A stretch of 64,000 bases of DNA from an uncultured Candidatus Entotheonella sp. Its GTDB lineage: Bacteria > Tectomicrobia > Entotheonellia > Entotheonellales > Entotheonellaceae. The first letter of the stretch is position 1; every line of letters begins with the position of its first letter. Position numbers and translations under genes: made by a program. Where the stretch lies: NCBI GenBank assembly GCA_965215335.1, contig CBDCDA010000002.1, positions 259,682-323,681 on the forward strand, read 5' to 3'. A model generated the notes under the pieces. That model did not search any database, was not told the origin of the DNA, and saw only the letters and a list, made by a program, of their open reading frames with translations. This document shows positions 44,753-53,540 of this stretch, one piece after another.

Positions 44753-45673
44753 ATGCCAAAGCGTTATCGGGATATCGTCGGGGACGGCGGCTCGAACGTC
44801 GCCGCGCAGGTATCGGCGCAGGCCGAGCGTCTCAAGGCCCGCATGGCCGGTGTCCGGCACACCATCGCGGTGATGAGCGGCAAGGGCGGCGTCGGCAAGA
44901 GCGCCGTCACCACCAATCTGGCGGTGTACTTCGCCAAGGAAGGCTGGCGCGTTGGGGTCGTTGACGCGGACATCAACGGACCCTCGATCGCCAAGATGCT
45001 CGGGGTGCGCGGCCACTCGCTGAACCTCGACGCCGGCGGCGTTTACCCGGCCATCGGCCCCCTCGATATCCGTGTGATTTCCATGGACCTGTTCCTCGAG
45101 GCGGACCACACCCCCGTCGTGTGGGCCGGTCCGCAAGCCGAGACCTTCGTCTGGCGTGGCACCATGGAAATGCACACCCTGCGCGAGTTTCTCACCGACG
45201 TGCATTGGGGCGAGCTGGACATCCTGCTGCTCGACCTGCCGCCGGGCACCGACCGCCTGGCTACCCTCAATGACCTGCTCCCCGACCTGCACGGCAGCGT
45301 CGTCGTAACCATCCCGTCGGCTGTTTCCCGCTTGATCGTCTCGAAGTCGATTACCATGGCGCGCGACCTTTTGCGTACACCCGTCATCGGCCTGGTGGAA
45401 AACATGACGGCCTACGTCTGCCCCACCTGTGGAACCACGCACCCGCTTTTCGCCCAGACGCCGCAGGCCGAAACCCCCGGATCGAGTCTAGGGCAGGCTC
45501 TCGCCGGCGTGCCGCTGCTGGGTCGCGTGCCCTTCGACCCCCGCATGGCGCTGGCCGGCGACAAGGGGGTGCCGTTTATCCTCGAAGACGCTGCGTCCCC
45601 GGCCGCCCAGGCCCTCGCACAAGTGGGGGAGGGCGTCCTGAACTTTGTCAACTCCGGGAGTCCCGTATCATGA
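44753..45673 (+). CDS. mrp: Mrp/NBP35/ApbC-family P-loop ATPase (Fe-S cluster carrier type)
   Basis: ATG 44753. AVMSGKGGVGKSAVTTNLAV (deviant Walker A), and ENMTAYVCPTCGTTHPLF (CxxC). Confidence 0.85.
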   Translation: MPKRYRDIVGDGGSNVAAQVSAQAERLKARMAGVRHTIAVMSGKGGVGKSAVTTNLAVYFAKEGWRVGVVDADINGPSIAKMLGVRGHSLNLDAGGVYPAIGPLDIRVISMDLFLEADHTPVVWAGPQAETFVWRGTMEMHTLREFLTDVHWGELDILLLDLPPGTDRLATLNDLLPDLHGSVVVTIPSAVSRLIVSKSITMARDLLRTPVIGLVENMTAYVCPTCGTTHPLFAQTPQAETPGSSLGQALAGVPLLGRVPFDPRMALAGDKGVPFILEDAASPAAQALAQVGEGVLNFVNSGSPVS

Positions 45674-46164
45674 AATTCGTCTGTATCGAGTGTGACGAGC
45701 CGATGAGGTTTGCCAGGAACGACGGCCTGGATGACGATGGCTCGCTGTCCGTGAACTTCATATGCTCCAGTTGCGAGTGGGGTGTGACGCTCTTGACCAA
45801 CCCGCAGGAAACGCAGATGGTGCGCTCGCTGGGCGTGAAGATCGGCGGCAGCACCGTGCCCCCCAAGCCGATGGAGATGTTGCAAACGCATCTGGCCGGA
45901 CGCGCTGCCCAGGAGGTGGCCGAGCAGGAGCCCGCCAGCGGCTCGGCCTGCCCGTTTTCCGCTCTGGCGCAGGACGCGTTTCAGGAGACCGAGGCGCCGG
46001 CCGCTCTGCTGTGGTCCACCGAGGCGACCGAACGCCTGCAACGGGTGCCGGAGTTCATTCGGCCCATGGCGCGGCAGGGAATCGAAACGTATGCCCGTGA
46101 GCAGGGCGTCGCCGAGATCACACCGAACGTGATGGAGGCAGCCCGCGAACACCTGGGCATGTGA
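45670..46164 (+). CDS. Zn-ribbon plus PCP_red-like domain protein
   Basis: ATGA overlap with mrp. CIECDEPM...CSSCEWG, and the C-terminus LLWSTEATERLQRVPEFIRPMARQGIETYAREQG. Confidence 0.6.
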   Translation: MKFVCIECDEPMRFARNDGLDDDGSLSVNFICSSCEWGVTLLTNPQETQMVRSLGVKIGGSTVPPKPMEMLQTHLAGRAAQEVAEQEPASGSACPFSALAQDAFQETEAPAALLWSTEATERLQRVPEFIRPMARQGIETYAREQGVAEITPNVMEAAREHLGM

Positions 46165-46187
46165 GGCGCGAGGGGCGGGGGTTGGCG

Positions 46188-46673
46188 TTATTCCGTGTGC
46201 ATGTAGCGTAGCAGGCGACGCACCGAGCGGTAGTATTCCTGTATGCTGCAGCGGCTGCAAACCTGGTCTTTCTTCTCGATGCCCCTGTCGCTGGCGCGCG
46301 TCATGTAGAGCCAGTTGAAATAGCCCTCGTCCACGTGGTAGAGCCGGTAGACCACCGCCACGTCCAGTTTCTCACGCACCTGCACCAGGCAGTCGTCCTC
46401 GTTGCACTCCGCCGCCTGCGCTTCCGCTTCGGCCTGCTGCACCTGCTCGCGCGGCAGCAGCGTGTAGTACTCCGATAACGCCGCCCACAACCCGTCCGTC
46501 ACGGCCTTCTTTTCCTCCGATCCCACGCCCTTCATCAGGGTGGTCATCACCGCCGCGTGCGGCTTCTCCGTCTCAATCTGCGCAAAAGGCCCTGCGAGAC
46601 ACGTCAGCAGCACCATGCCGCAGGCCAGTCCCAGCTTCCATCCCATCCGATATTTCTCCTTCGTCATCGACAA
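46188..46673 (-). CDS. Hypothetical lipoprotein/exported protein
   Basis: Signal/lipobox-like MGWKLGLACGMVLLTCLAG (alternative start 46646). Cys-containing soluble part. No family recognised. Confidence 0.5.
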   Translation of the reverse strand: MSMTKEKYRMGWKLGLACGMVLLTCLAGPFAQIETEKPHAAVMTTLMKGVGSEEKKAVTDGLWAALSEYYTLLPREQVQQAEAEAQAAECNEDDCLVQVREKLDVAVVYRLYHVDEGYFNWLYMTRASDRGIEKKDQVCSRCSIQEYYRSVRRLLRYMHTE

Positions 46674-46794
46674 TCAACCGCGGTGTCATTTGGCGACTGC
46701 GCCAAAAGCGAGAATGGCCAAGAGCGAGCCACCGACCGTACCAAGTATTCCCGCCGGGCAGGGGATTTGTCAACCAGCCGCGTCACCCCGGCCG

Positions 46795-49212
46795 TCACGC
46801 CTCGCCGTGCATCCGCCAGAATGCCGCGATGTCCTGCTGGAAATCGCTCGTGACCAGTTCGCGGGGCGTTCTGGCGTACCAATGGGACGGGAACAGTGAC
46901 GCATAATTGCTGTGGGAAAACCGTTTGTCCACCAGCACGACGATGCCGACGTCCGTCTCCGAGCGAATCACCCGCCCTGCCGACTGCACCACGCGGTTCA
47001 TGCCGGGGTAGAGATAGGCGTAGGCAAACCCCTGCGTGTACTTCTCCTCGTAGTAGGCGCGAATCAACTCCTGTTCGCCGTCGACGCGCGGCAGGCCGGG
47101 ACCCACCACGATGACGCCCGACAGCATGGCGCCCGGATAATCGACGCCCTCCGCAAAAATCCCGCCCTGTACGCCAAGCAGCAGGAGTGGCTCGGCGTCT
47201 CGCTGCCGCAGGCGCTGCAACACCCGCTCGCGATCCGCTTCCGGCATCGTCCTCGCCTGCTCGATCACCCGGTGGGCGGGGACCTGCCGCATGAAGGCGC
47301 GCACCATGCGCAGGTACGCGAAGCTGGGAAAGAACACGCCGTAATTGCCGGGTCGCTGGGCCACGATGGTCTCGATAATCTGCGCCGCCCGCGGCGCGTC
47401 CCGCTGCCGCTCCCGGTACGTGGTGGCAATGTCCGGCACGACCAGAATCCGCCGGTTGCGTTCGGGGAACGGCGACGGGAACTCCGCCGTCGTGCTGCAC
47501 TCGGGCGGCATGCCCAGCACGTCCTGGTAAAACGGGAACGGCGTCAGGGTGGCCGACATGGCAATGACGCTGTGGAACCCTCGCAGCCGCTCGTGCAGGA
47601 AGCGGGACGCGTCCTTGCACAGGATCTTGAACGCCGCACCCTCGGGATGGTGCTGGTAGAGGCAGGCAAACTCGTCGCCCTCCAGGACCAGGACGTCGCA
47701 GAAGCGCTGGAACAGATAGTAGAACTCCTGCACCGGGTCGCCGTCGGCAGCGGTGGGCCCGGCCCGGCGCCGGTAGACGGCGTAATCGACCATCAGCCCT
47801 TCGAGTTGCCGCCGCAACTCGGCGAAGCGCTCCACAGGCGGCTCGACCCGGAGCAGCACCGCGCCTTCGGCGGCGTCCTCGGAGCTGAGCGGCAGTAGCG
47901 TGATCAGGTCGTCCAGGGCTTGCAAGAATACCTCGAAGTCGCGGAACAGGCGCGCCGGCTGGTTGGCGCAGAATGTCAGCAGATGACGCAGGGCCTGCTG
48001 GCGCAGCACCGGGGAGTAATAGTCGCGGCCGCGGCTGTACAGGTTGTGGGCTTCGTCGATGATGAGAACACAGTCGTCGTAAGGCTCGTCCTGAAAGAAC
48101 CGCCGCAGGTGAGCCCCGGGGTCGAAGACGTAGTTGTAATCGCCGATGATGACGTCCGCCTCCACGGCGGCGTCCAGGGACAGCTCGAAGGGGCAGACGC
48201 GGTGCCGGAAGGCCGCCTCGGCACACACCGCCGGGCCGATCAGCGGCAGTTCGAGCAGCGCGTCCACAACCCCGGCGCGTTCCAGCTTGCCGGTGTAATC
48301 GTGCGCGAACTCGCATACGCTCTCGTGGCAATAGAACACCTCGTTGACACAGCTCTTGGCCTTGGCCCGCAGGTGCACGGCGGTGAACGCGGCACCGTTG
48401 GCGGCAAACCGTTGCAGGGTGTCGGCGGCGAGGATTTGCTGGGTGGTCTTGGCGGTGACGAAAAACACCCGCAGGCCGTCACGCAGGGCGTGCTGCAAGG
48501 CCGGGTAGAGGGCCGCCACGGTCTTGCCGATACCCGTCGGCGCCGTGATGAGCGTGCATTCGTGGTCACGGATGGTCTTGTCCACGTGCTCCATCATCGC
48601 CGCCTGGTACGGACGCGCCGTGTTGAAGGGAAACCGAAGCGCTTCCGGGTTGCGCCTGGCCGCCCGCGCGGCGCGCGCCTCATAGCGCGCCAGAATGCGC
48701 CGCACGGGCTCGACGACCAGCGTCTCGTCGTCCCCGGCCTCCACAACCCGCACGATGCAGGCGTTGTCAGTCAGATTGATCAGCACCAGGTGGCCGCGCA
48801 CCGACCCGTCGTGCTGCCGCTGCAGCAGCGCAACATACAGGGCGAGTTGGCGCTCGTAGGTGGGATACTGCCCCGGGGCAATGGCGTCGAACTGCTCTTG
48901 CGGCACCAGCAGGCTCTTGATTTCCTCCACTACCAAGGCATCCTCGGCCTCATAAAGCCCGTCGAGGCGTCCGTGCACGTGTACCGTGTAGTCGTCCACC
49001 CGCAGTTGCTGCCGGAGGGTGACTTCGGCCCGATAGGAGGCGATGCGGGATTGCTGCGCCGCCTGGTAGCGGGCGTGCAGGTCGCGGCCCATCGCCGCCC
49101 GGCTGCGCAGCCGCGGCGCGAGCTGGACGCTGCCCGGGAAGGTCATCCCGGCGAGAAGGTCGCCAATGCTCAGCCACAGGGTGCGGGATGCGGGGTCAAA
49201 TCGAATCGTCAT
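46795..49212 (-). CDS. RecB/Cas4-like PD-(D/E)XK nuclease domain fused to an XPD/DinG-family Fe-S helicase
   Basis: 805 aa. N-terminus HGRLDGLYE...VVEEIKS...YERQLALYVALL (D, ExK, QxxxY). Walker A ITAPTGIGKT. Four-Cys cluster region KSCVNEVFYCHESVCEF...RVCPFE. DEAH box IIDEAHNL. C-terminal helicase motifs (GGIFAEGVDYPG, QSAGRVIRS). Confidence 0.8.
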   Translation of the reverse strand: MTIRFDPASRTLWLSIGDLLAGMTFPGSVQLAPRLRSRAAMGRDLHARYQAAQQSRIASYRAEVTLRQQLRVDDYTVHVHGRLDGLYEAEDALVVEEIKSLLVPQEQFDAIAPGQYPTYERQLALYVALLQRQHDGSVRGHLVLINLTDNACIVRVVEAGDDETLVVEPVRRILARYEARAARAARRNPEALRFPFNTARPYQAAMMEHVDKTIRDHECTLITAPTGIGKTVAALYPALQHALRDGLRVFFVTAKTTQQILAADTLQRFAANGAAFTAVHLRAKAKSCVNEVFYCHESVCEFAHDYTGKLERAGVVDALLELPLIGPAVCAEAAFRHRVCPFELSLDAAVEADVIIGDYNYVFDPGAHLRRFFQDEPYDDCVLIIDEAHNLYSRGRDYYSPVLRQQALRHLLTFCANQPARLFRDFEVFLQALDDLITLLPLSSEDAAEGAVLLRVEPPVERFAELRRQLEGLMVDYAVYRRRAGPTAADGDPVQEFYYLFQRFCDVLVLEGDEFACLYQHHPEGAAFKILCKDASRFLHERLRGFHSVIAMSATLTPFPFYQDVLGMPPECSTTAEFPSPFPERNRRILVVPDIATTYRERQRDAPRAAQIIETIVAQRPGNYGVFFPSFAYLRMVRAFMRQVPAHRVIEQARTMPEADRERVLQRLRQRDAEPLLLLGVQGGIFAEGVDYPGAMLSGVIVVGPGLPRVDGEQELIRAYYEEKYTQGFAYAYLYPGMNRVVQSAGRVIRSETDVGIVVLVDKRFSHSNYASLFPSHWYARTPRELVTSDFQQDIAAFWRMHGEA

Positions 49213-49230
49213 GCGCTGGATTATACGTTA
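49171..49230. repeat. Direct repeat copy a (helicase start codon region)
   Basis: Matches 51116-51174 at about 55 of 61 hand-aligned positions (one 1-nt indel). It covers the first 14 helicase codons plus 18 nt upstream. Confidence 0.85.
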
Positions 49231-49312
49231 TGTGAAGAGAGCAGAAGAGGACAGATAAAGGACAGAGGCTTGCTCGATTCGCCTTGCGTTCGAGCAGTCC
49301 GGCTTTCCGACG

Positions 49313-50002
49313 TCAGGCCCAAATGTCTTTCCTCAATTCCCAATGCTTCCTTATCATGTTGAAGCGATCAATCCGATCCCGGATCTTGGCGATCTCTCTT
49401 GGATAGAACTCGCTCATCACCTCACATAGCTGCAGCATCCACTTCTTTCGTGAGTAGCGGTCTATCACACGGATGTCATTGGAATTTGCGATCTGGATTT
49501 GACCCCAGCCCAGTGCGCCTATGGTCAGGCATTCCCAGTCCAAAAACTCGATTGGCGAGAACAAGACTTCCGAAACGGTGAGGGTCGTGCCTTCAACCGA
49601 ATAGCTGATCATCATAATCGAGAAGACATTGGTATCAGACTCGTAGAATCGAGTCAGTCGCTCCACTGACGTAAGGTTAGGCATATTGAATCGGGTGTCT
49701 TCCCGGTGTGTCTTGACGTCTATCACGGAATAAATGCCTTCCTTGTCGGTAAACGCCATATCGGCCATGGCGCGGCGCGCAAAATCGCTCGAATACTCGC
49801 TGCACCAATCCCCAAGAAAGATGCTGAACCTTTCGGACACGAGCGATTCGAGCGCATCACCGACAGCCCTTGGGCTGCGAGCCGTTTGCGGGGAAAGGAA
49901 GTCTCGTGACGTATTGATATACTCTTTGATGTTCAAAGCCACCTCTTGATGATGGCCTTCGTAGTAAAAGCTTGACCTCACGTGAACAGAGTCCGCTGAC
50001 AA
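49313..50002 (-). CDS. Type II restriction endonuclease (family not assigned)
   Basis: AT-rich ORF. The TTG at 50002 or, more likely, the GTG at 49981 overlapping the MTase stop (GTGA) is the start. Candidate PD-(D/E)XK elements are MADMAF...VIDVKTH. Positioned directly after a DPPY methyltransferase. Confidence 0.55.
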   Translation of the reverse strand: MSADSVHVRSSFYYEGHHQEVALNIKEYINTSRDFLSPQTARSPRAVGDALESLVSERFSIFLGDWCSEYSSDFARRAMADMAFTDKEGIYSVIDVKTHREDTRFNMPNLTSVERLTRFYESDTNVFSIMMISYSVEGTTLTVSEVLFSPIEFLDWECLTIGALGWGQIQIANSNDIRVIDRYSRKKWMLQLCEVMSEFYPREIAKIRDRIDRFNMIRKHWELRKDIWA

Positions 50003-50946
50003 TTATCAATCTCCTTGCGTTGATTGGAGAGTGAGTTTCGTTCCCAAAATACGCCGTTTTCGTATCCTTGGATGGTTGTATCAGCTCTTGCCGCAGCGAC
50101 GCGCTTCAGCGCCCAACAAAGATACTCCAGGTTGACCTCAACCCCACACCAGCGTCTTTGCAGTTTCTCCGCCACGACTGCAGTGGTGCCGCTACCAAGG
50201 AACGGGTCGAACACAAAATCCCCCTGCCGCGAGCTCGCAAGCACCAGTTTCGCAACCAATTTCTCTGGTTTTTGGGTGGGATGGTCGGTATTTTCCGGCA
50301 TCGACCAGAACGGGACTGTTATATCGGTCCAAATGTTCGACGGGTGCGTCAGCCGGTAGTTGCCTCCCTCTTCCTGCCTCCAGTCCTTTGGCTGTCCCTT
50401 GCTTCTGTACGGTGCAAGAACCTTGCGCTTCAGTTTTACCGCTTCAACGTCAAAATAATACCGGTCCGACTTTGTGCAGAACCAAATATCCTCCGCGTTA
50501 TTCTTCCAGTTCATCTTCGCCCCGCGCCCTTTTTCGCGTTCCCAGGTAATTCGGTTTTGCACGTGAAACGTTGATTCCAAAATCGGCAACACAAGCGCGG
50601 ACATGCTCCAATCCGAGCATACGTAGATTGTCGCCTCGGCTTTCATCCATGGAACCAACAAGTCGATAACGCCCTGGAACCACGCGATGTATTCGTCCTT
50701 TTCCTTTTTCCTGAATGAATTGCCGTGAAAATTCTTGGACAGGTTGTAGGGAGGGTCCAGAACGAGGAGGTCGATAAACGCAGCGGGGAGATACGTCGCC
50801 ACTGTGAAGATATCTCCCGCGATGAGTCGACCCGTGATGTCCGACCGGGTAACCCTTGTTTCCAACCGCATGATATCGCGAGACAGTCGGACGATTTCTT
50901 CACCCGTGCATGACAGCGTTTGATTCCTGGGGGCACGTTCTCGCAT
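49978..50946 (-). CDS. Type II DNA methyltransferase, beta class, N6-adenine type (DPPY)
   Basis: Track ORF 49978-51075 with the start moved to ATG 50946 (MRERAPRNQ). LVLDPPYNL (motif IV) lies before PTQKPEKLVAKL and FDPFLGSGTTAVVA (motif I). AT-rich. Confidence 0.8.
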   Translation of the reverse strand: MRERAPRNQTLSCTGEEIVRLSRDIMRLETRVTRSDITGRLIAGDIFTVATYLPAAFIDLLVLDPPYNLSKNFHGNSFRKKEKDEYIAWFQGVIDLLVPWMKAEATIYVCSDWSMSALVLPILESTFHVQNRITWEREKGRGAKMNWKNNAEDIWFCTKSDRYYFDVEAVKLKRKVLAPYRSKGQPKDWRQEEGGNYRLTHPSNIWTDITVPFWSMPENTDHPTQKPEKLVAKLVLASSRQGDFVFDPFLGSGTTAVVAEKLQRRWCGVEVNLEYLCWALKRVAAARADTTIQGYENGVFWERNSLSNQRKEIDNCQRTLFT

Positions 50947-51115
50947 GTGGATTCTCGCGTCGAGAGATGACTCCAAACAGATCGTAAGCGACCGAAACGA
51001 CCGACAACAAATATGACCCAGGTTCGCACTCAATTCCAATGCGACACATTCGATGGTTACACTGACCACCACCAAGGCGTCATCGGCCTGATAGGAGGGA
51101 TGTGGGCCTGCTGTT

Positions 51116-51219
51116 CAGCCACAGGTGCGGGATGCGTGGTCAAATCGAATCGCCATGCGGTGGATTATATGTTACAACGCAGCGGGGAGATACGGCGGCA
51201 CTGCGAAGATATGTTCCGC
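51116..51219. repeat. Direct repeat copy b (51116-51174), immediately followed by a 44-bp diverged copy (51176-51219) of an internal MTase segment (50777-50820)
   Basis: Hand alignment. Copy b matches 49171-49230. The adjoining segment matches 50777-50820 at 39 of 44 positions and on the minus strand reads HIFAVPPYLPAAL, against DIFTVATYLPAAF in the MTase. Confidence 0.8.
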
Positions 51220-51353
51220 ATGTTCACACCGTCTTTCGCGACGCTTGCAGATACGTATATCTTGCCGAAAACCGGACATCTCTCCGTGCCGTTGACACCT
51301 TGTCCGCAGGACCGCCGATTGGACGTGTCTGGCGGGCGAGTTTGATGTCTTGT

Positions 51354-51659
51354 TCAGGGCGTGGGCGCGTCGACGGTCTGGATTTGTTCCCTGATGGCGT
51401 CGATCCGTTCCTCGGCGCGGGAGAGGCGGTCGCTGAGCTTGCGGATTTCGGAGACCTCGCCGGTGAGCTGGTGCAGGCGCTGGTCCTGGGCATCAAAGCG
51501 CTGGTTGATGTATTTGTCCTGGGCGTCGAAGCGCTGCTCGATGTATCTGTCCTGAACGTCAAGGCGTTGGTGAATGGAGTTGGTGGACGTCAGGATGACG
51601 GTGAGAATTGCAGTGAGGGCTATGAGTGCGGTGCCGTTGTCTTTCAGCCAGTTCCACAT
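51354..51659 (-). CDS. Small N-terminally anchored coiled-coil protein with internal tandem repeats
   Basis: 101 aa. TM helix GTALIALTAILTVILT, then QRLDVQDRYIEQRFDAQDKYINQRFDAQDQRLHQL. Confidence 0.5.
   Translation of the reverse strand: MWNWLKDNGTALIALTAILTVILTSTNSIHQRLDVQDRYIEQRFDAQDKYINQRFDAQDQRLHQLTGEVSEIRKLSDRLSRAEERIDAIREQIQTVDAPTP
51483..51581. repeat. 3 x 33-bp tandem repeat (third unit diverged)
   Basis: Units at 51483-51515, 51516-51548 and 51549-51581. They encode the QRFDAQD(K/R)YI(E/N) heptad-rich repeats. Confidence 0.8.
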
Positions 51660-51798
51660 GGCATTTCGTCTCCAGGGCGGTGGGTGCTACGCTATCGTAT
51701 CACAGATCGGGTAGATTCGGACCTCGGTGCGAGGCCCGCGCAAGGGAGTTGTGAATTGCACGCCGGCATCGGTTAGCTACAATGAAGGTAGTTGGCAC

Positions 51799-53097
51799 TT
51801 AGGAATTTGATCCAATTTAGGTTTCCAACTTCATCGTGGGTGTAACTCATAGTTCCAGTCGCCGTGGAACACGTTGCGATGGAGCGACAGGGCGTCCATC
51901 TCGGCGTTCGTCGTCACCACTGCGGTCGGGTATGTTCTTGCGTCAAGTTCGGCTCTGACCCGAAGACCTGCGTTGGTACGCGTATTGCCGATCAAATCGA
52001 CTATGGTCTCAAAGGTCCGCAACGGCTTGCCTCGCCAATTCTGCGTGATGTGGCAGAACAGACGATGCTCGATCTTGTTCCATTTGCTGGTACCGGGCGG
52101 GAAGTGGCTGACGTGGATGCGCACACCCGTCTCGTCGGCAAACTGTTGCAGTCCGTGCTTCCAGGCGCGACAGCGATACCCGTTGCTACCGCCCGCATCG
52201 GCAGTGATGAATAGCTCACGAGCCTCGGAGTAGCGACGCTTGCCCATCTCGTCCCACCACCGCCGCAGCGAGGCCACCGCGAACGCCGACGTGTCGTGGT
52301 CACACCCAACACTGACCCATGCTTCGTTGCCTCCCATATCATAGATGCCATAGGGAATGGTCTTGCCCGTCGCGTCCTGAGGAAAGTCGTGAACCCGTGA
52401 TTGCTCGGGCTGCCCCTTCGGTTGCCACTCCCGGCCAGCGTTCTTGAAATCACCCACCAACTCCTTCTTCTTGGTGTCGACCGATACCACCGGCTGAGCG
52501 CGTTGCAAAAACTCATCTGCCTTTGAATTGATATGTTCGAACTGTGCGTTGCGATCGGGGTGCGACGCCCCTTCTCGACTCTTGCGCACCGATTGCAGGC
52601 GATAGCCGAGCTCATGCAGTAAACGGCCCACCGTCGTCGAACTGACCTTCCAGCCAGCCTTCGACAGCGCCACGGTGAGCTTCGCTTTGCTCTTGCACGT
52701 CCACCTCAACGGCGACTGCGGGTCGCCGCGAGTCAACGGATCAACCAACTGCTCCAGCGCTTGCTTGATGCCCGGCTGAGACTGCTCGATGCCCGGTCGT
52801 CCAGCGCCCGGTCGGCGCACCCGGCCAAACTCAGTGCCACCACCTGCCAGCTCTCGGCGTCCCGCCCGAATGGTCGGGCGCGACAATCCTGTCGCATCCG
52901 ACACCAGGGCATCTCCTCCATAGCCGATGGCACGCGACTCCGTGGCTGCCCAGATACGACGCCCACGCTCATCAAGAAACGCTTCGATCGCCGCGTACTT
53001 CTCAACAATGGTGGCTTCGAGTTCGTGATCGCGCCTCATGGAACAATTGAAACACAAAACTCAAAACATGAAAAACTAATTTGCGACAAATTCCTTA
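51799..53097 (-). mobile_element. ISAzo13-type insertion sequence
   Basis: About 25-bp imperfect terminal inverted repeats: TTAGGAATTTGATCCAAATTTAGGTTT at 51799-, against the reverse complement of the right end, TAAGGAATTTGTCGCAAATTAGTTT. Single transposase ORF. Confidence 0.7.
51831..53039 (-). CDS. ISAzo13-family (DDE_Tnp_ISAZ013) transposase
   Basis: ATG 53039 (MRRDHELEATIVEKY). VDTKKKELVGDFKNAGREW, FITADAGGSNGYRCRAWK, VSHFPPGTSKWNKIEHRLF. Confidence 0.8.
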   Translation of the reverse strand: MRRDHELEATIVEKYAAIEAFLDERGRRIWAATESRAIGYGGDALVSDATGLSRPTIRAGRRELAGGGTEFGRVRRPGAGRPGIEQSQPGIKQALEQLVDPLTRGDPQSPLRWTCKSKAKLTVALSKAGWKVSSTTVGRLLHELGYRLQSVRKSREGASHPDRNAQFEHINSKADEFLQRAQPVVSVDTKKKELVGDFKNAGREWQPKGQPEQSRVHDFPQDATGKTIPYGIYDMGGNEAWVSVGCDHDTSAFAVASLRRWWDEMGKRRYSEARELFITADAGGSNGYRCRAWKHGLQQFADETGVRIHVSHFPPGTSKWNKIEHRLFCHITQNWRGKPLRTFETIVDLIGNTRTNAGLRVRAELDARTYPTAVVTTNAEMDALSLHRNVFHGDWNYELHPR

Positions 53098-53530
53098 GGC
53101 TCAGGACTCACAACCAGAGGATGACCGTGGCAGCAAGGCAGGGGGTGCTGAAAAAGGGGTGCGCACACCGGTCATAGCGCGTGGCGATACGACACCAATC
53201 CTTGAGTCCCAAACAGGCGCTCGATGAGGTTGCGACTCTTGTAAAGCTCACTGTCATGGACGATCGGCTCTTTACGGTTGGCATGGCCCGGAATGCACGA
53301 CGCGATGCCTCGCGCTTGGCAAGCGCCTGGCGCAACCGGTTACTGTCGCAGCCCTTGTCGGCAATCAGGACCCTGGACGCCGGTAGAGCAGGCACAATCG
53401 TATCAGCCCCACGATAGTCGCTGACCTGACCCGCCGTCAACAACAGCACGATGGGCTTGCCATCGCCGTCACAGACCGTGTGGAGCTTGGAGTTCAGACT
53501 GCCTCGGGTGCGTTCGATCTGACGCAAAAG
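53097..53530 (-). pseudogene. IS5-family element, right-half fragment (copy C), frameshifted
   Basis: Terminal repeat AGGCTCAGGACTCA at 53097. RTRGSLNSKLHTVCDGDGKPIVLLLTAGQVSDYRGA...LKDWCRIATRYDRCAHPFF...AATVILWL, with an out-of-frame middle. It abuts the ISAzo13 end. Confidence 0.75.
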
Positions 53531-53540
53531 AGCCCCTTTT

